Of a stretch of DNA of 15,394 nucleotides, positions 8,000 to 15,394 are shown one piece after another. Each line of letters begins with the position of its first letter. The stretch's first letter is position 1. Source of the stretch: Thermodesulfobacteriota bacterium (GTDB lineage: Bacteria; Desulfobacterota; Desulfobulbia; Desulfobulbales; SURF-16). The translations under genes and the position numbers were made by a program. The stretch is from the NCBI GenBank assembly GCA_040755455.1, contig JBFMAY010000060.1, positions 1-15,394 on the forward strand, in the 5' to 3' direction. A model generated the notes under the pieces. That model saw only the letters and a program-made list of their open reading frames with translations. It was not told the DNA's origin and ran no database searches.

Positions 8000-9781
8000 T
8001 TGCCAGATAACGCCCCGGATAAAGACGGGCAGATTTTTTCCCTGCAATCCGTGCGGCTGCTGAGGCCGTTTTTCAAAAAGTACGCCTTGAGGCTTACGGC
8101 CGGGATTCTTGCCCTGCTGCTGGTGGATTTTCTGCAGCTGTGGACCCCGCGCATTATCAAAAGGGCGGTCGATGAACTGGGCCGGGGCGAGGCCACCGGC
8201 CCCGGTCTGCTGCGTTATGCCGGCCTGATTCTCCTGCTGGCCGCGGGCATTGCGGTCTGCCGCTTTGCCTGGCGCTATCTGGTCCTCGGCTTTTCCCGGC
8301 TGCTGGAGCGGGACCTGCGGGACCGGTTGCTGTCCCACCTGCTGACCCTGGACCGCATGTTTTATCAGCGGCACACCACCGGCGAGATCATGGCCCTCAC
8401 CACCAACGATCTCGCCGCCGTACAGCTGGCCTGCGGCATGGGGCTGATCGCCTTTATCGATGCGGTGGTCATGACGCTCGCTGCCCTGGCCTTCATGGCC
8501 TATATCCATCCCATGCTCACACTGATCGCCGTGCTGCCCATGCCGGTGCTGGTTTTTTCCACCCGGCTGCTGTCGGCCAGCATGCACCGCAGATTCAAAA
8601 GGGTGCAGGAGCAGTTTGAAACACTCACCGAGTTTGCCCGCAGCACCCTGAGCAACATCCGCCTGATCAAGGCCTACACCCAGGAGGCCCCGCAGACCGT
8701 GCAGTTCGGCCGCATGGGCGAGGAGTACATCCGCAACAATCTCAAGGTGGCGGTGGTGCAGGGCATCCTTTCCCCCTTTTCCGGCCTGGTGGCCAACTGT
8801 TGTCTGCTGCTGGTGCTGTTCTACGGCGGCCGGCTGACTATACAGGGGGTTATCACCGTGGGTGATTTTGTCGCCTTCTTTTCCTACCTGTTCATGCTGA
8901 CCTGGCCGATGATGGCTCTTGGCTGGGTGGCTAACCTGTTCCAGCGGGGCGCCACCTCCCTGGGCCGCATTGACCGCATTCTCCAGGAGAAGCCGCAGCT
9001 TGAGGACCGGCCCGCAGGCCCCGCCCGCCCGCCTTCCGCCGGCCACATCAGCCTGAACCATCTCTCTTTCGTCTTTCCCGGCCAGACAACGCCCGCCATT
9101 GATGACATCACCATGACCATCAGGCCAGGCATTGTCGGCGTGGTGGGCAAAAGCGGGGCCGGCAAGTCGATTCTGTGCAACATTCTCGCCCGGCTCTACC
9201 CAGTGGCGGACGGCGCCTATTTTCTGGACGGGGTGGACGTCAACACCCTGCCGCTCGCCGCGGTGCGGGGCAGCATCGCCTATGTGCCCCAGGATACCAC
9301 CCTTTTTTCCGATACCATCGGCTTCAATATCTCCCTGGGCCGTGAGAATGCCTCCAGCGCCGAGATAGAAGAGGTGGCCCGGGCCGCCGCCATCCACCAG
9401 GAGATCATGGCCCTGCCGGACGGCTACCAGACCAGGGTGGGGGAGCGCGGCGTCAAGCTCTCCGGGGGCCAGCGCCAGCGGATCGCCCTGGCCCGGGCCC
9501 TGCTGCTGGACCGGCCCATCATCATCATCGATGACGGCCTGTCCGCGGTGGATATGGAAACCGAACAGGCCATCATCGGCTCCATGGCCTCCTACCTGCG
9601 GGGGCGCACCTGTATCGTGGTCTCCCACCGGGTGGCGCCGCTGGCGGACGCCGGGGAAATCCTGGTCATGGACCAGGGTCGCATCGCCGCCCGGGGCAAC
9701 CATGCGTTTCTTTTTGCCAACAACCCCTTTTACGCCAAAATTTATACCTACCAGACCACGGTGGGGGGAAGACAGGGATAG
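8000..9781 (+). CDS. ABC exporter half-transporter (TMD-NBD), MdlA/YheI-like
   Basis: N-terminal TMD; Walker A GKSGAGKS; signature LSGGQRQR; degenerate Walker B IIIIDD. TTG start after a GGGGGAG SD. Confidence 0.9.
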   Translation: MPDNAPDKDGQIFSLQSVRLLRPFFKKYALRLTAGILALLLVDFLQLWTPRIIKRAVDELGRGEATGPGLLRYAGLILLLAAGIAVCRFAWRYLVLGFSRLLERDLRDRLLSHLLTLDRMFYQRHTTGEIMALTTNDLAAVQLACGMGLIAFIDAVVMTLAALAFMAYIHPMLTLIAVLPMPVLVFSTRLLSASMHRRFKRVQEQFETLTEFARSTLSNIRLIKAYTQEAPQTVQFGRMGEEYIRNNLKVAVVQGILSPFSGLVANCCLLLVLFYGGRLTIQGVITVGDFVAFFSYLFMLTWPMMALGWVANLFQRGATSLGRIDRILQEKPQLEDRPAGPARPPSAGHISLNHLSFVFPGQTTPAIDDITMTIRPGIVGVVGKSGAGKSILCNILARLYPVADGAYFLDGVDVNTLPLAAVRGSIAYVPQDTTLFSDTIGFNISLGRENASSAEIEEVARAAAIHQEIMALPDGYQTRVGERGVKLSGGQRQRIALARALLLDRPIIIIDDGLSAVDMETEQAIIGSMASYLRGRTCIVVSHRVAPLADAGEILVMDQGRIAARGNHAFLFANNPFYAKIYTYQTTVGGRQG

Positions 9782-9787
9782 GCCGCC

Positions 9788-11611
9788 ATGCGCTACGGCT
9801 TCGGATATTTTGAAGAGGATCACCTGGGCCAGGTGGCGGACATCGGGCTGTGGCGGCGCATTATCTCCTATTCCCGGCCGCACTGGGGCAAGGTGGCCGG
9901 CGCCATTATCCTGTCCATGATCGTCATCGGCGCAAGTCTCGCGCTGCCCTACATGGTCCGCCTGGGCATCGACCGCTTTGTGGTCAACACCAGCCTGGAA
10001 AGCGCGGCCCGCATCAGCGGGCTCGGCCGGCTGGCCGCGCTGTTCATCGGCGTCATCCTGGCCGGCTTTGCCGCCAATTTCTACCAGGTGTTCATCCTGG
10101 AATGGACCGGCCAGACCATCATGCACCAGATGCGGCAGCAGCTTTTCAGCCACATGCTGGGCCTGGATCTGGCCTTTTTCAACAACAATCCCAGCGGCAA
10201 GCTGGTGACCCGGCTGACCAACGACATCCAGAACATGCACGAGATGTTCACCTCGGTCATCGTCACCCTGTTCAATGATTTCTTCCAGATAGCCGGCATC
10301 ATGGCCATCCTCTTCTGGATGAACTGGCGGCTGGCCCTGATTCTGAGCATCCTGCTGCCGCTGATCGTGGCCGGCATCGGCTGGTTCAGCCGCCTGGCCC
10401 GGGACGCCTTCCGCGCCATCCGCACCCAGCTCGCCAGGATCAATGCCTTTCTGCAGGAATCCCTGTCCGGCATCGCCATTATCCAGCTCTTTCTGCGGGA
10501 GAACGACACCCACAGAAAATTTGTCGAGCTGAGCAAGGCCTATCTGGATCAGAACCTTTACCAGATCAGGATTTTCGGCATATTCATGCCGGCCATGGAG
10601 CTGTTCAGCGCCCTGGCCACCGGCTGTATCATCTGGTACGGCGGCGGCGAGGTCATCCGGCAGCATATGACACTGGGCGAGCTGGTGGCCTTTCTCTCCT
10701 ACATGCGGCTGTTCTTCCAGCCGGTGCGAGAGCTTTCCCAGAAATACTCCATTGTCCAGTCCGCCATGGCCTCGGCGGAACGCATCTTCCAGCTGCTGGA
10801 CACCCGGGGCACCCTGCCGTCCCCCGAAGCGCAGGGGGCTCAGCCGGCCAGCCGGGGCGCGGTGGACTTCCGCCAGGTGCGGTTCGGCTACGAGGCGCGG
10901 CAACCCATTCTGCACGACCTTTCTTTCCGGATCGAGCCCGGCCAGACCCTGGCCATTGTCGGTGCCACCGGCTCGGGCAAATCCACCATCGTCAATCTCC
11001 TGGAGCGCTTTTATGACCCGGACGGCGGCACCATCGAGATCGACGGCCGGGACGTGCGCGCGTACAACACCCTCTGGCTGCGGCAACAGATCGGCCTGGT
11101 CATGCAGGATGTGTTCATTGTGCCCGGCACTATAAAAGATAATATCCTGCTGGACCGGGACATGGATGATCAGCGGCTGCAGGACATCATCGGGCGCGCC
11201 CAGCTCAGCACCCTGGTCCGCCGGCTGCCCCAGGGACTTGCCACCATCATCGGCGAAGGCGGCATGGATCTCTCCGCCGGCCAGAAGCAGCTGCTGGCCT
11301 TTGCCCGGGTGCTGGCCCGGGATCCCCGCATCCTGATCCTCGATGAAGCCACCTCAAGCGTTGACTCGGAGACCGAGATGCTCATCGACCGGGCCATTGA
11401 CTCCACCCTGGCCAACCGCACCAGCATCGTCATCGCCCACCGCCTCTCCACCATCAAACGGGCCGGCCATATCCTGGTCATGGAGCAGGGCCGCATCGTC
11501 GAGGAGGGCAGTCATGACAATCTGATGGCCAAAGGGGGCATCTACCGCCGCCTGCAGGATCTGCAGCTTGCCGGCCAGAATGGCAATGGGGTGCGGAGTG
11601 GTATGGAGTGA
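9788..11611 (+). CDS. ABC exporter half-transporter (TMD-NBD), MdlB/YheH-like
   Basis: TMD; Walker A GATGSGKS; variant signature LSAGQKQ; consensus Walker B ILILDE; H-switch AHRLST. It lies 6 nt downstream of its partner. Confidence 0.92.
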   Translation: MRYGFGYFEEDHLGQVADIGLWRRIISYSRPHWGKVAGAIILSMIVIGASLALPYMVRLGIDRFVVNTSLESAARISGLGRLAALFIGVILAGFAANFYQVFILEWTGQTIMHQMRQQLFSHMLGLDLAFFNNNPSGKLVTRLTNDIQNMHEMFTSVIVTLFNDFFQIAGIMAILFWMNWRLALILSILLPLIVAGIGWFSRLARDAFRAIRTQLARINAFLQESLSGIAIIQLFLRENDTHRKFVELSKAYLDQNLYQIRIFGIFMPAMELFSALATGCIIWYGGGEVIRQHMTLGELVAFLSYMRLFFQPVRELSQKYSIVQSAMASAERIFQLLDTRGTLPSPEAQGAQPASRGAVDFRQVRFGYEARQPILHDLSFRIEPGQTLAIVGATGSGKSTIVNLLERFYDPDGGTIEIDGRDVRAYNTLWLRQQIGLVMQDVFIVPGTIKDNILLDRDMDDQRLQDIIGRAQLSTLVRRLPQGLATIIGEGGMDLSAGQKQLLAFARVLARDPRILILDEATSSVDSETEMLIDRAIDSTLANRTSIVIAHRLSTIKRAGHILVMEQGRIVEEGSHDNLMAKGGIYRRLQDLQLAGQNGNGVRSGME

Positions 11612-11754
11612 CAGGCAAGACGCGAGGATAGTAGCCATAAGGCATAACGCAGGCCTGACCCGCTTGGCACAGGTGCGATGTTTTGCCGCACTCCTCCAGG
11701 TATTTTTTTATTGAATTTTTGTCAGGAAAAATGCATCTACTGAGAATGGTTTGA

Positions 11755-11861
11755 GTTGAGCGGGTGAAGTTGCGCACGAAAGAAGACCGGAGAGCCTGGA
11801 AACATCTCGATGGAATAAGGGTAAAACTGGTCATAAGCCAAAGGCGGACTTGACCTCTTTT
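11755..11861 (+). pseudogene. 3'-terminal remnant of a related RAYT-like transposase element, including its right end
   Basis: 11755-11850 aligns without gaps to 13279-13374 (79/96 identical by manual count). It translates as VERVKLRTKEDRRAWKHLDGIRVKLVISQRRT* versus VERVKLRTNEDPMVREHLDVIRVKLAKSQRQT. It ends in ...ggacttgacctctttt. Confidence 0.88.
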
Positions 11862-11894
11862 CTGACCCTTTTCCCCTTTTCTTTTTTTCCTTTT
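11851..11894. repeat. Pyrimidine-rich tract of stuttered TGACC/CCCTTTT end-motif units
   Basis: tgacctcttttc tgaccctttt cccctttt ctttttttcctttt. Confidence 0.75.
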
Positions 11895-11946
11895 GATGCT
11901 TATGGAATCAATGAAGGTGGCTTCAATGCTTATATCAGGTAGGAAT

Positions 11947-12186
11947 ATGCAAATACTTCAAACATTTGTCGGAATACTGCAGTCATGGTTCGTTTTATAT
12001 GCGACTTGGTGGATGTTTTCATATTATACAGGCAGAATCGGTTTTTCCGGCCAAGAAGAAGAAAGACGTAAGCGTAAGGTTAAAAAATTTGGGTGGCTAT
12101 TAATAATTTGCATTGTAATTACATTGTTAGGGGGAGTGATATTGTTAATATCCAAATTATGCCAGTTAATACTGTTATTAATATGA
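11947..12186 (+). CDS. Small AT-rich hypothetical membrane protein (two hydrophobic segments)
   Basis: 79 aa from ATG 11947 (aggtagga upstream). Hydrophobic segment, charged linker EEERRKRKVKK, second hydrophobic segment. Markedly lower GC than the flanking core genes. Confidence 0.6.
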   Translation: MQILQTFVGILQSWFVLYATWWMFSYYTGRIGFSGQEEERRKRKVKKFGWLLIICIVITLLGGVILLISKLCQLILLLI

Positions 12187-12218
12187 AACCAAAAAAATTC
12201 CCCACCCTTTTCTTCACG

Positions 12219-12350
12219 GAGAAGTTAAGACAAGAAGTCAAGAAGGGTCAGAAAGGAGTCACAAGAAAAAGGGAAAAAAGTCAAAAAGGAATCTGAAAAG
12301 AAAAGAAAAAAAGAAAAGAAAAGAAATAAAAAAGGGGAAAAAAGGGGTCA
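12219..12350. repeat. Purine-rich tract of stuttered (A/G)n-GTCA end-motif units
   Basis: GTCA at 12237, 12247, 12258, 12280 and 12347 embedded in A/G runs, including gaaaagaaaagaaaaaaagaaaagaaaag. Confidence 0.75.
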
Positions 12351-13386
12351 AGTCTGCTGTTGGCTTTTATTGTGAAGTGTGTTACAGATGTAAATTATGT
12401 CGAGACCGTTACGCATAGAATATCCCGGCGCATGGTATCATGTCATGAACCGTGGCAGGAGAAGGGAGAAGATATTTTTGTCCCGGGAAGATTATGAAAA
12501 TTTCATCAAGATTCTGCAGGAGACATCGGAAAGCTGGAATATCAAGATCTCCGCCTATTGCCTGATGCCGAACCATTATCATTTGCTGGTCAATACGCCG
12601 GAAGGCAATATCTCCCGCTGCATGCGGCATATCAACGGTGTCTACACCCAGCGATTCAATCGGCAGCGCAAGACAGACGGTCAACTGTTCCGGGGCAGAT
12701 ATAAGGCAGTGCTGGTGGAAGCGGACAGTCATCTTCTCGAGGTGTTGCGTTATATCCACAGAAACCCTTTGCGGGCCGGGCTGGCAAAGAAATTCGATGA
12801 GTTTGCCTGGAGCAGTCACCGGGGGTATCTCTCGGCGGCAAAGAGATGGGAGTGGCTGCACAAGGATTTCCTGTTGACCATGCTCTGTGAAAAAAAGAGC
12901 GGCCGCAAGGCAGCCTATGGAGACTTTGTCTCCAAGGGTGACCCGGAGGAGATAGAGCGGTTCTACTCATTGAAAAACCTTCCCTCCGTGCTTGGTGGGG
13001 ATACTTTCAAGGATTGGCTGAAAGAGAAGTTTCAACACCTGTGCTTTCATGAAGAGATACCTGAATCCCGGATACTTGCCCCAACAGCGGAAGAGATAAT
13101 CCGCGAGGTGTGCGATCATTTCCAGGTAATGAGAGAGCAGCTTACAGTTACCCGGCGAGGCAGGGAAAATCTTCCACGTGACATGGCAATTTATCTTGTC
13201 CGCCTTCTGAGCCAGGCAACCTTAAGTGAAGTGGGAAAACATTTCGGCATGAACAACTACAGCACGGTCAGCAGTGTGGTTGAGCGGGTGAAGTTACGCA
13301 CGAATGAGGACCCGATGGTACGGGAACATCTTGATGTAATAAGGGTAAAACTGGCAAAAAGCCAAAGGCAGACGAGGGCCTTTTAA
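12340..13386 (+). mobile_element. RAYT-like (Y1 HUH transposase) element with imperfect inverted-repeat ends; right end altered
   Basis: The left end 12340-12368 (aaaaggggtcaagtctgctgttggctttt), reverse-complemented, matches 13357-13373 at 15/17 and matches the upstream remnant end 11833-11861 at 24/29. Confidence 0.7.
12397..13386 (+). CDS. REP-associated tyrosine transposase (RAYT, IS200/Y1_Tnp superfamily) with C-terminal DnaA domain IV-like HTH
   Basis: MSRPLRIEYPGAWYHVMNRG, YCLMPNHYHLL (HUH), LFRGRYKA, YIHRNP (catalytic Tyr) and WSSH. The C-terminal PRDMAIYLVRLLSQATLSEVGKHFGMNNYSTVS resembles the DnaA C-terminal helix-turn-helix. Confidence 0.92.
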   Translation: MSRPLRIEYPGAWYHVMNRGRRREKIFLSREDYENFIKILQETSESWNIKISAYCLMPNHYHLLVNTPEGNISRCMRHINGVYTQRFNRQRKTDGQLFRGRYKAVLVEADSHLLEVLRYIHRNPLRAGLAKKFDEFAWSSHRGYLSAAKRWEWLHKDFLLTMLCEKKSGRKAAYGDFVSKGDPEEIERFYSLKNLPSVLGGDTFKDWLKEKFQHLCFHEEIPESRILAPTAEEIIREVCDHFQVMREQLTVTRRGRENLPRDMAIYLVRLLSQATLSEVGKHFGMNNYSTVSSVVERVKLRTNEDPMVREHLDVIRVKLAKSQRQTRAF

Positions 13387-13456
13387 TGGGTGCCCCCCCC
13401 CATTAAATACAACTTTCCTTGTTTTCTTGATATAACATGTTGAGAAAATAGTTATT

Positions 13457-13484
13457 CTGGCTTCTGAATTCTGGCTCCTGTCTC
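13457..13484. repeat. Degenerate heptamer tandem repeat (CTGnnTY x4)
   Basis: ctggctt ctgaatt ctggctc ctgtctc. Confidence 0.55.
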
Positions 13485-13515
13485 CCAAGCGGAAGGGCAT
13501 TACGAGAAAATCATT

Positions 13516-15000
13516 ATGAACAGATTCCCTGATAAATCTCTTTGCTGGACCATTACTCTTCTCCTGCTTGGTGCCATGCTGTCCGGGTGTGCATCGCTTG
13601 GGGAGCCGCACTACTGGATGCAGGAAGTCAAGGGCAGGGTCATTGATATGGAAACTCAAAAGCCGGTCAAGGGCGCGGTGGCCCTGGCTGTCTATCGTGC
13701 TGGCGACACTTCAGCTGCCGGCTCCGCTGATTTTGCCGGTGACGCCCAGGAGGCAACCACCGACTCCCATGGAGAATTTCTGATCCCGAAGACGAAAATC
13801 TATAACAGAGGCGATTACGGGAAGTTGTCGCTAAGTTATTTGTATATTCTGGCACCGGATTATTTCCCGGAAAAAATGCTGGCGGTAGATGAGCAGCCTA
13901 TAAAACTGCGAAAAGTAACTCATTATTTTCACTACAAGAAATTTCCGGAATTCGTTGTTGATCTGCCAGGTCGGCATTCCATGACATCAGCAGGCTATCA
14001 GGGCTGGTTGAATGCCGTTCAGTCGCCTCGCCTCTCGAAAGCAGGATCGGCCGGGGTATTTTTGCATGACCCAAAACGGCAATTCAGTAAATTGTTCTGG
14101 CAGGGCGGGTATTACGACGAAGACCAGGCAATTGGCGGCAGCTTTATTCGGGCCTTTGATGAAAAAAATAAGGAGTGGTTAACCATGGATTGCACCGGAA
14201 AAACGGCGCAGGTTGCCCAGTTTGCCATGGGCAATTGGGGATCGATGTTCAGCAGCCCGTCAGAAGCGCCCATATTTGCCGGCACAGACAGCATCCTCAT
14301 CCCGCCGGACAAAACCGCGGGGTATAATCAGGTTGCCAGAATTGCGCCCGCGGAAGGCAATATTTCCGCCATAACAGGTGATGCGAATCAGTTTTACACG
14401 ATTGAAGGTGATGGCAAATACCTTTGCATCTATAACCTGAAACCAGGAAATAACGCGCATAGCGAGGATGCTTATGCAAGAAAGACCATTACCCGGGGCG
14501 AGATTTCAATTTTCAGCGATGAGACGTCAAGTGCTCTGCCAACCTTGGAATTTGTTGCCACCATACGCATCCGTAATGCGCCTTGCCAAATTATATGTAC
14601 GAAATCAGCAAGTTATTGGCGCATTTATCTGTGTCAAAAAAATATGGATGATTATTTCTTTGAGCCGATCCTTGTTTTCCCGGCAGAAAGAGAAATTACG
14701 GCAATCGCTGCCTCCGGGGTGGATGATAGCATCTTTATTGCCTTTAAGAATGATGGGATAAGAAAATACTCTGGGCAGGAAAAATCCATTACCCAGTTTG
14801 GGGAGATATTCCTGGAAGACGAGAGCTTTCTTGCGAACTCAAAACGGGTCAACTATCCGGAGGTCGTGTCGATGGCCGTTGGCGACAATGGTTTGACCGG
14901 CAGCGCGCTGTATGCGGCAACAAATAGTGACGTTATTTACCGTTTTGCCGCAGATGGTACTCCGGACTATATGGTCAGATATGATGGGAATCTACATTAA
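13516..15000 (+). CDS. Hypothetical lipoprotein with N-terminal carboxypeptidase-regulatory-like (prealbumin-fold) domain and probable beta-rich C-terminal region
   Basis: Signal peptide with LSGC lipobox; GRVIDMETQKPVKGAVALAVY...ATTDSHGEFLIP pattern; C-terminal ITAIAA...IFIAF and SMAVG...LYAAT...IYRF segments resemble propeller blades. Lower GC than the core genes. Confidence 0.75.
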   Translation: MNRFPDKSLCWTITLLLLGAMLSGCASLGEPHYWMQEVKGRVIDMETQKPVKGAVALAVYRAGDTSAAGSADFAGDAQEATTDSHGEFLIPKTKIYNRGDYGKLSLSYLYILAPDYFPEKMLAVDEQPIKLRKVTHYFHYKKFPEFVVDLPGRHSMTSAGYQGWLNAVQSPRLSKAGSAGVFLHDPKRQFSKLFWQGGYYDEDQAIGGSFIRAFDEKNKEWLTMDCTGKTAQVAQFAMGNWGSMFSSPSEAPIFAGTDSILIPPDKTAGYNQVARIAPAEGNISAITGDANQFYTIEGDGKYLCIYNLKPGNNAHSEDAYARKTITRGEISIFSDETSSALPTLEFVATIRIRNAPCQIICTKSASYWRIYLCQKNMDDYFFEPILVFPAEREITAIAASGVDDSIFIAFKNDGIRKYSGQEKSITQFGEIFLEDESFLANSKRVNYPEVVSMAVGDNGLTGSALYAATNSDVIYRFAADGTPDYMVRYDGNLH

Positions 15001-15007
15001 GCGGTGA

Positions 15008-15037
15008 GGCCGGGCGGGCATGAAACCTGCCCTGGCC
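15008..15037. other. GC-rich hairpin between convergent genes (terminator-like or REP-like)
   Basis: ggcc-gggcggg catgaaa cctgccc-t-ggcc. Confidence 0.45.
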
Positions 15038-15095
15038 GCGCCGGATTTCCCTCATAAAAGACCGGTCCCTTTTTCTCCCCTCCCCACCCGGCAAC

Positions 15096-15394
15096 TCAGG
15101 CCAGGTCATGGCCGGTAGTGGTCATGACCAGTTTGCCGTGTTTGACCCCTTTGACGCCGATCAGCTCGTCGGCGATTTGTTTGACTTCATGGGCTGCCCC
15201 GCGCACGACCAGGACTTCCAGACAGTTATGGGCGTCCAGGTGGACGTGCAGGGAGGAGATGATGTGATCATGGTGGGAGTGCTGCTGCTCGGTCAGCTTG
15301 TCGGAAAGATCCCGCACGTGGTGATTGTAGATGAGGGTGACGGTGCCGATGGCCTCTTCCGTGGATTCACTCTTGTTCTCCACCAGCGAGGCCC
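15096..15394 (-). CDS. nikR: Nickel-responsive transcriptional regulator NikR (5' end truncated by window edge)
   Basis: [50 protein letters not shown]...GVKHGKL is the NikR metal-binding domain, with the His, HxH and Cys nickel ligands. Confidence 0.95.
   Translation of the reverse strand, partial: ASLVENKSESTEEAIGTVTLIYNHHVRDLSDKLTEQQHSHHDHIISSLHVHLDAHNCLEVLVVRGAAHEVKQIADELIGVKGVKHGKLVMTTTGHDLA

Noticed and set aside
7928..11086. 1052-aa minus-strand ORF
   Set aside because: It lies antisense to two clear ABC transporter genes. Long stop-free antisense frames are common in high-GC coding DNA, and it has no recognisable motifs.
12093..12296. 67-aa Lys-rich ORF
   Set aside because: It overlaps the cargo gene and simply translates the purine-rich tract.

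Overview
GC-rich bacterial chromosomal window whose gene content suggests Desulfobacterota (inference). From left to right it contains: (1) the 5' part of a minus-strand secreted protein missed by the ORF track, made of a signal peptide plus identical 37-aa tandem repeats; (2) a LEA_2/WHy lipoprotein; (3) a two-gene cytochrome bd-like operon (CydA'-like plus CydA-like fused to a monoheme cytochrome c); (4) a universal stress protein; (5) two tandem histidine kinases with FixL-like PAS domains and no response regulator in view, one carrying a Cys/His-rich GAF; (6) a heterodimeric ABC exporter; (7) an AT-richer accessory block; and (8) the 3' part of nikR. The accessory block is the most unusual structure. 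A RAYT-like Y1/HUH transposase with a DnaA-domain-IV-like HTH has inverted-repeat-like ends. Upstream lies a diverged copy of its own 3' end. Between the two element ends, a small AT-rich membrane-protein gene is bracketed by mirror-image pyrimidine and purine tracts made of stuttered copies of the end motif (TGACCC/GGGTCA). A large lipoprotein gene follows the transposase. All family assignments come from motif recognition by eye; no searches were run.
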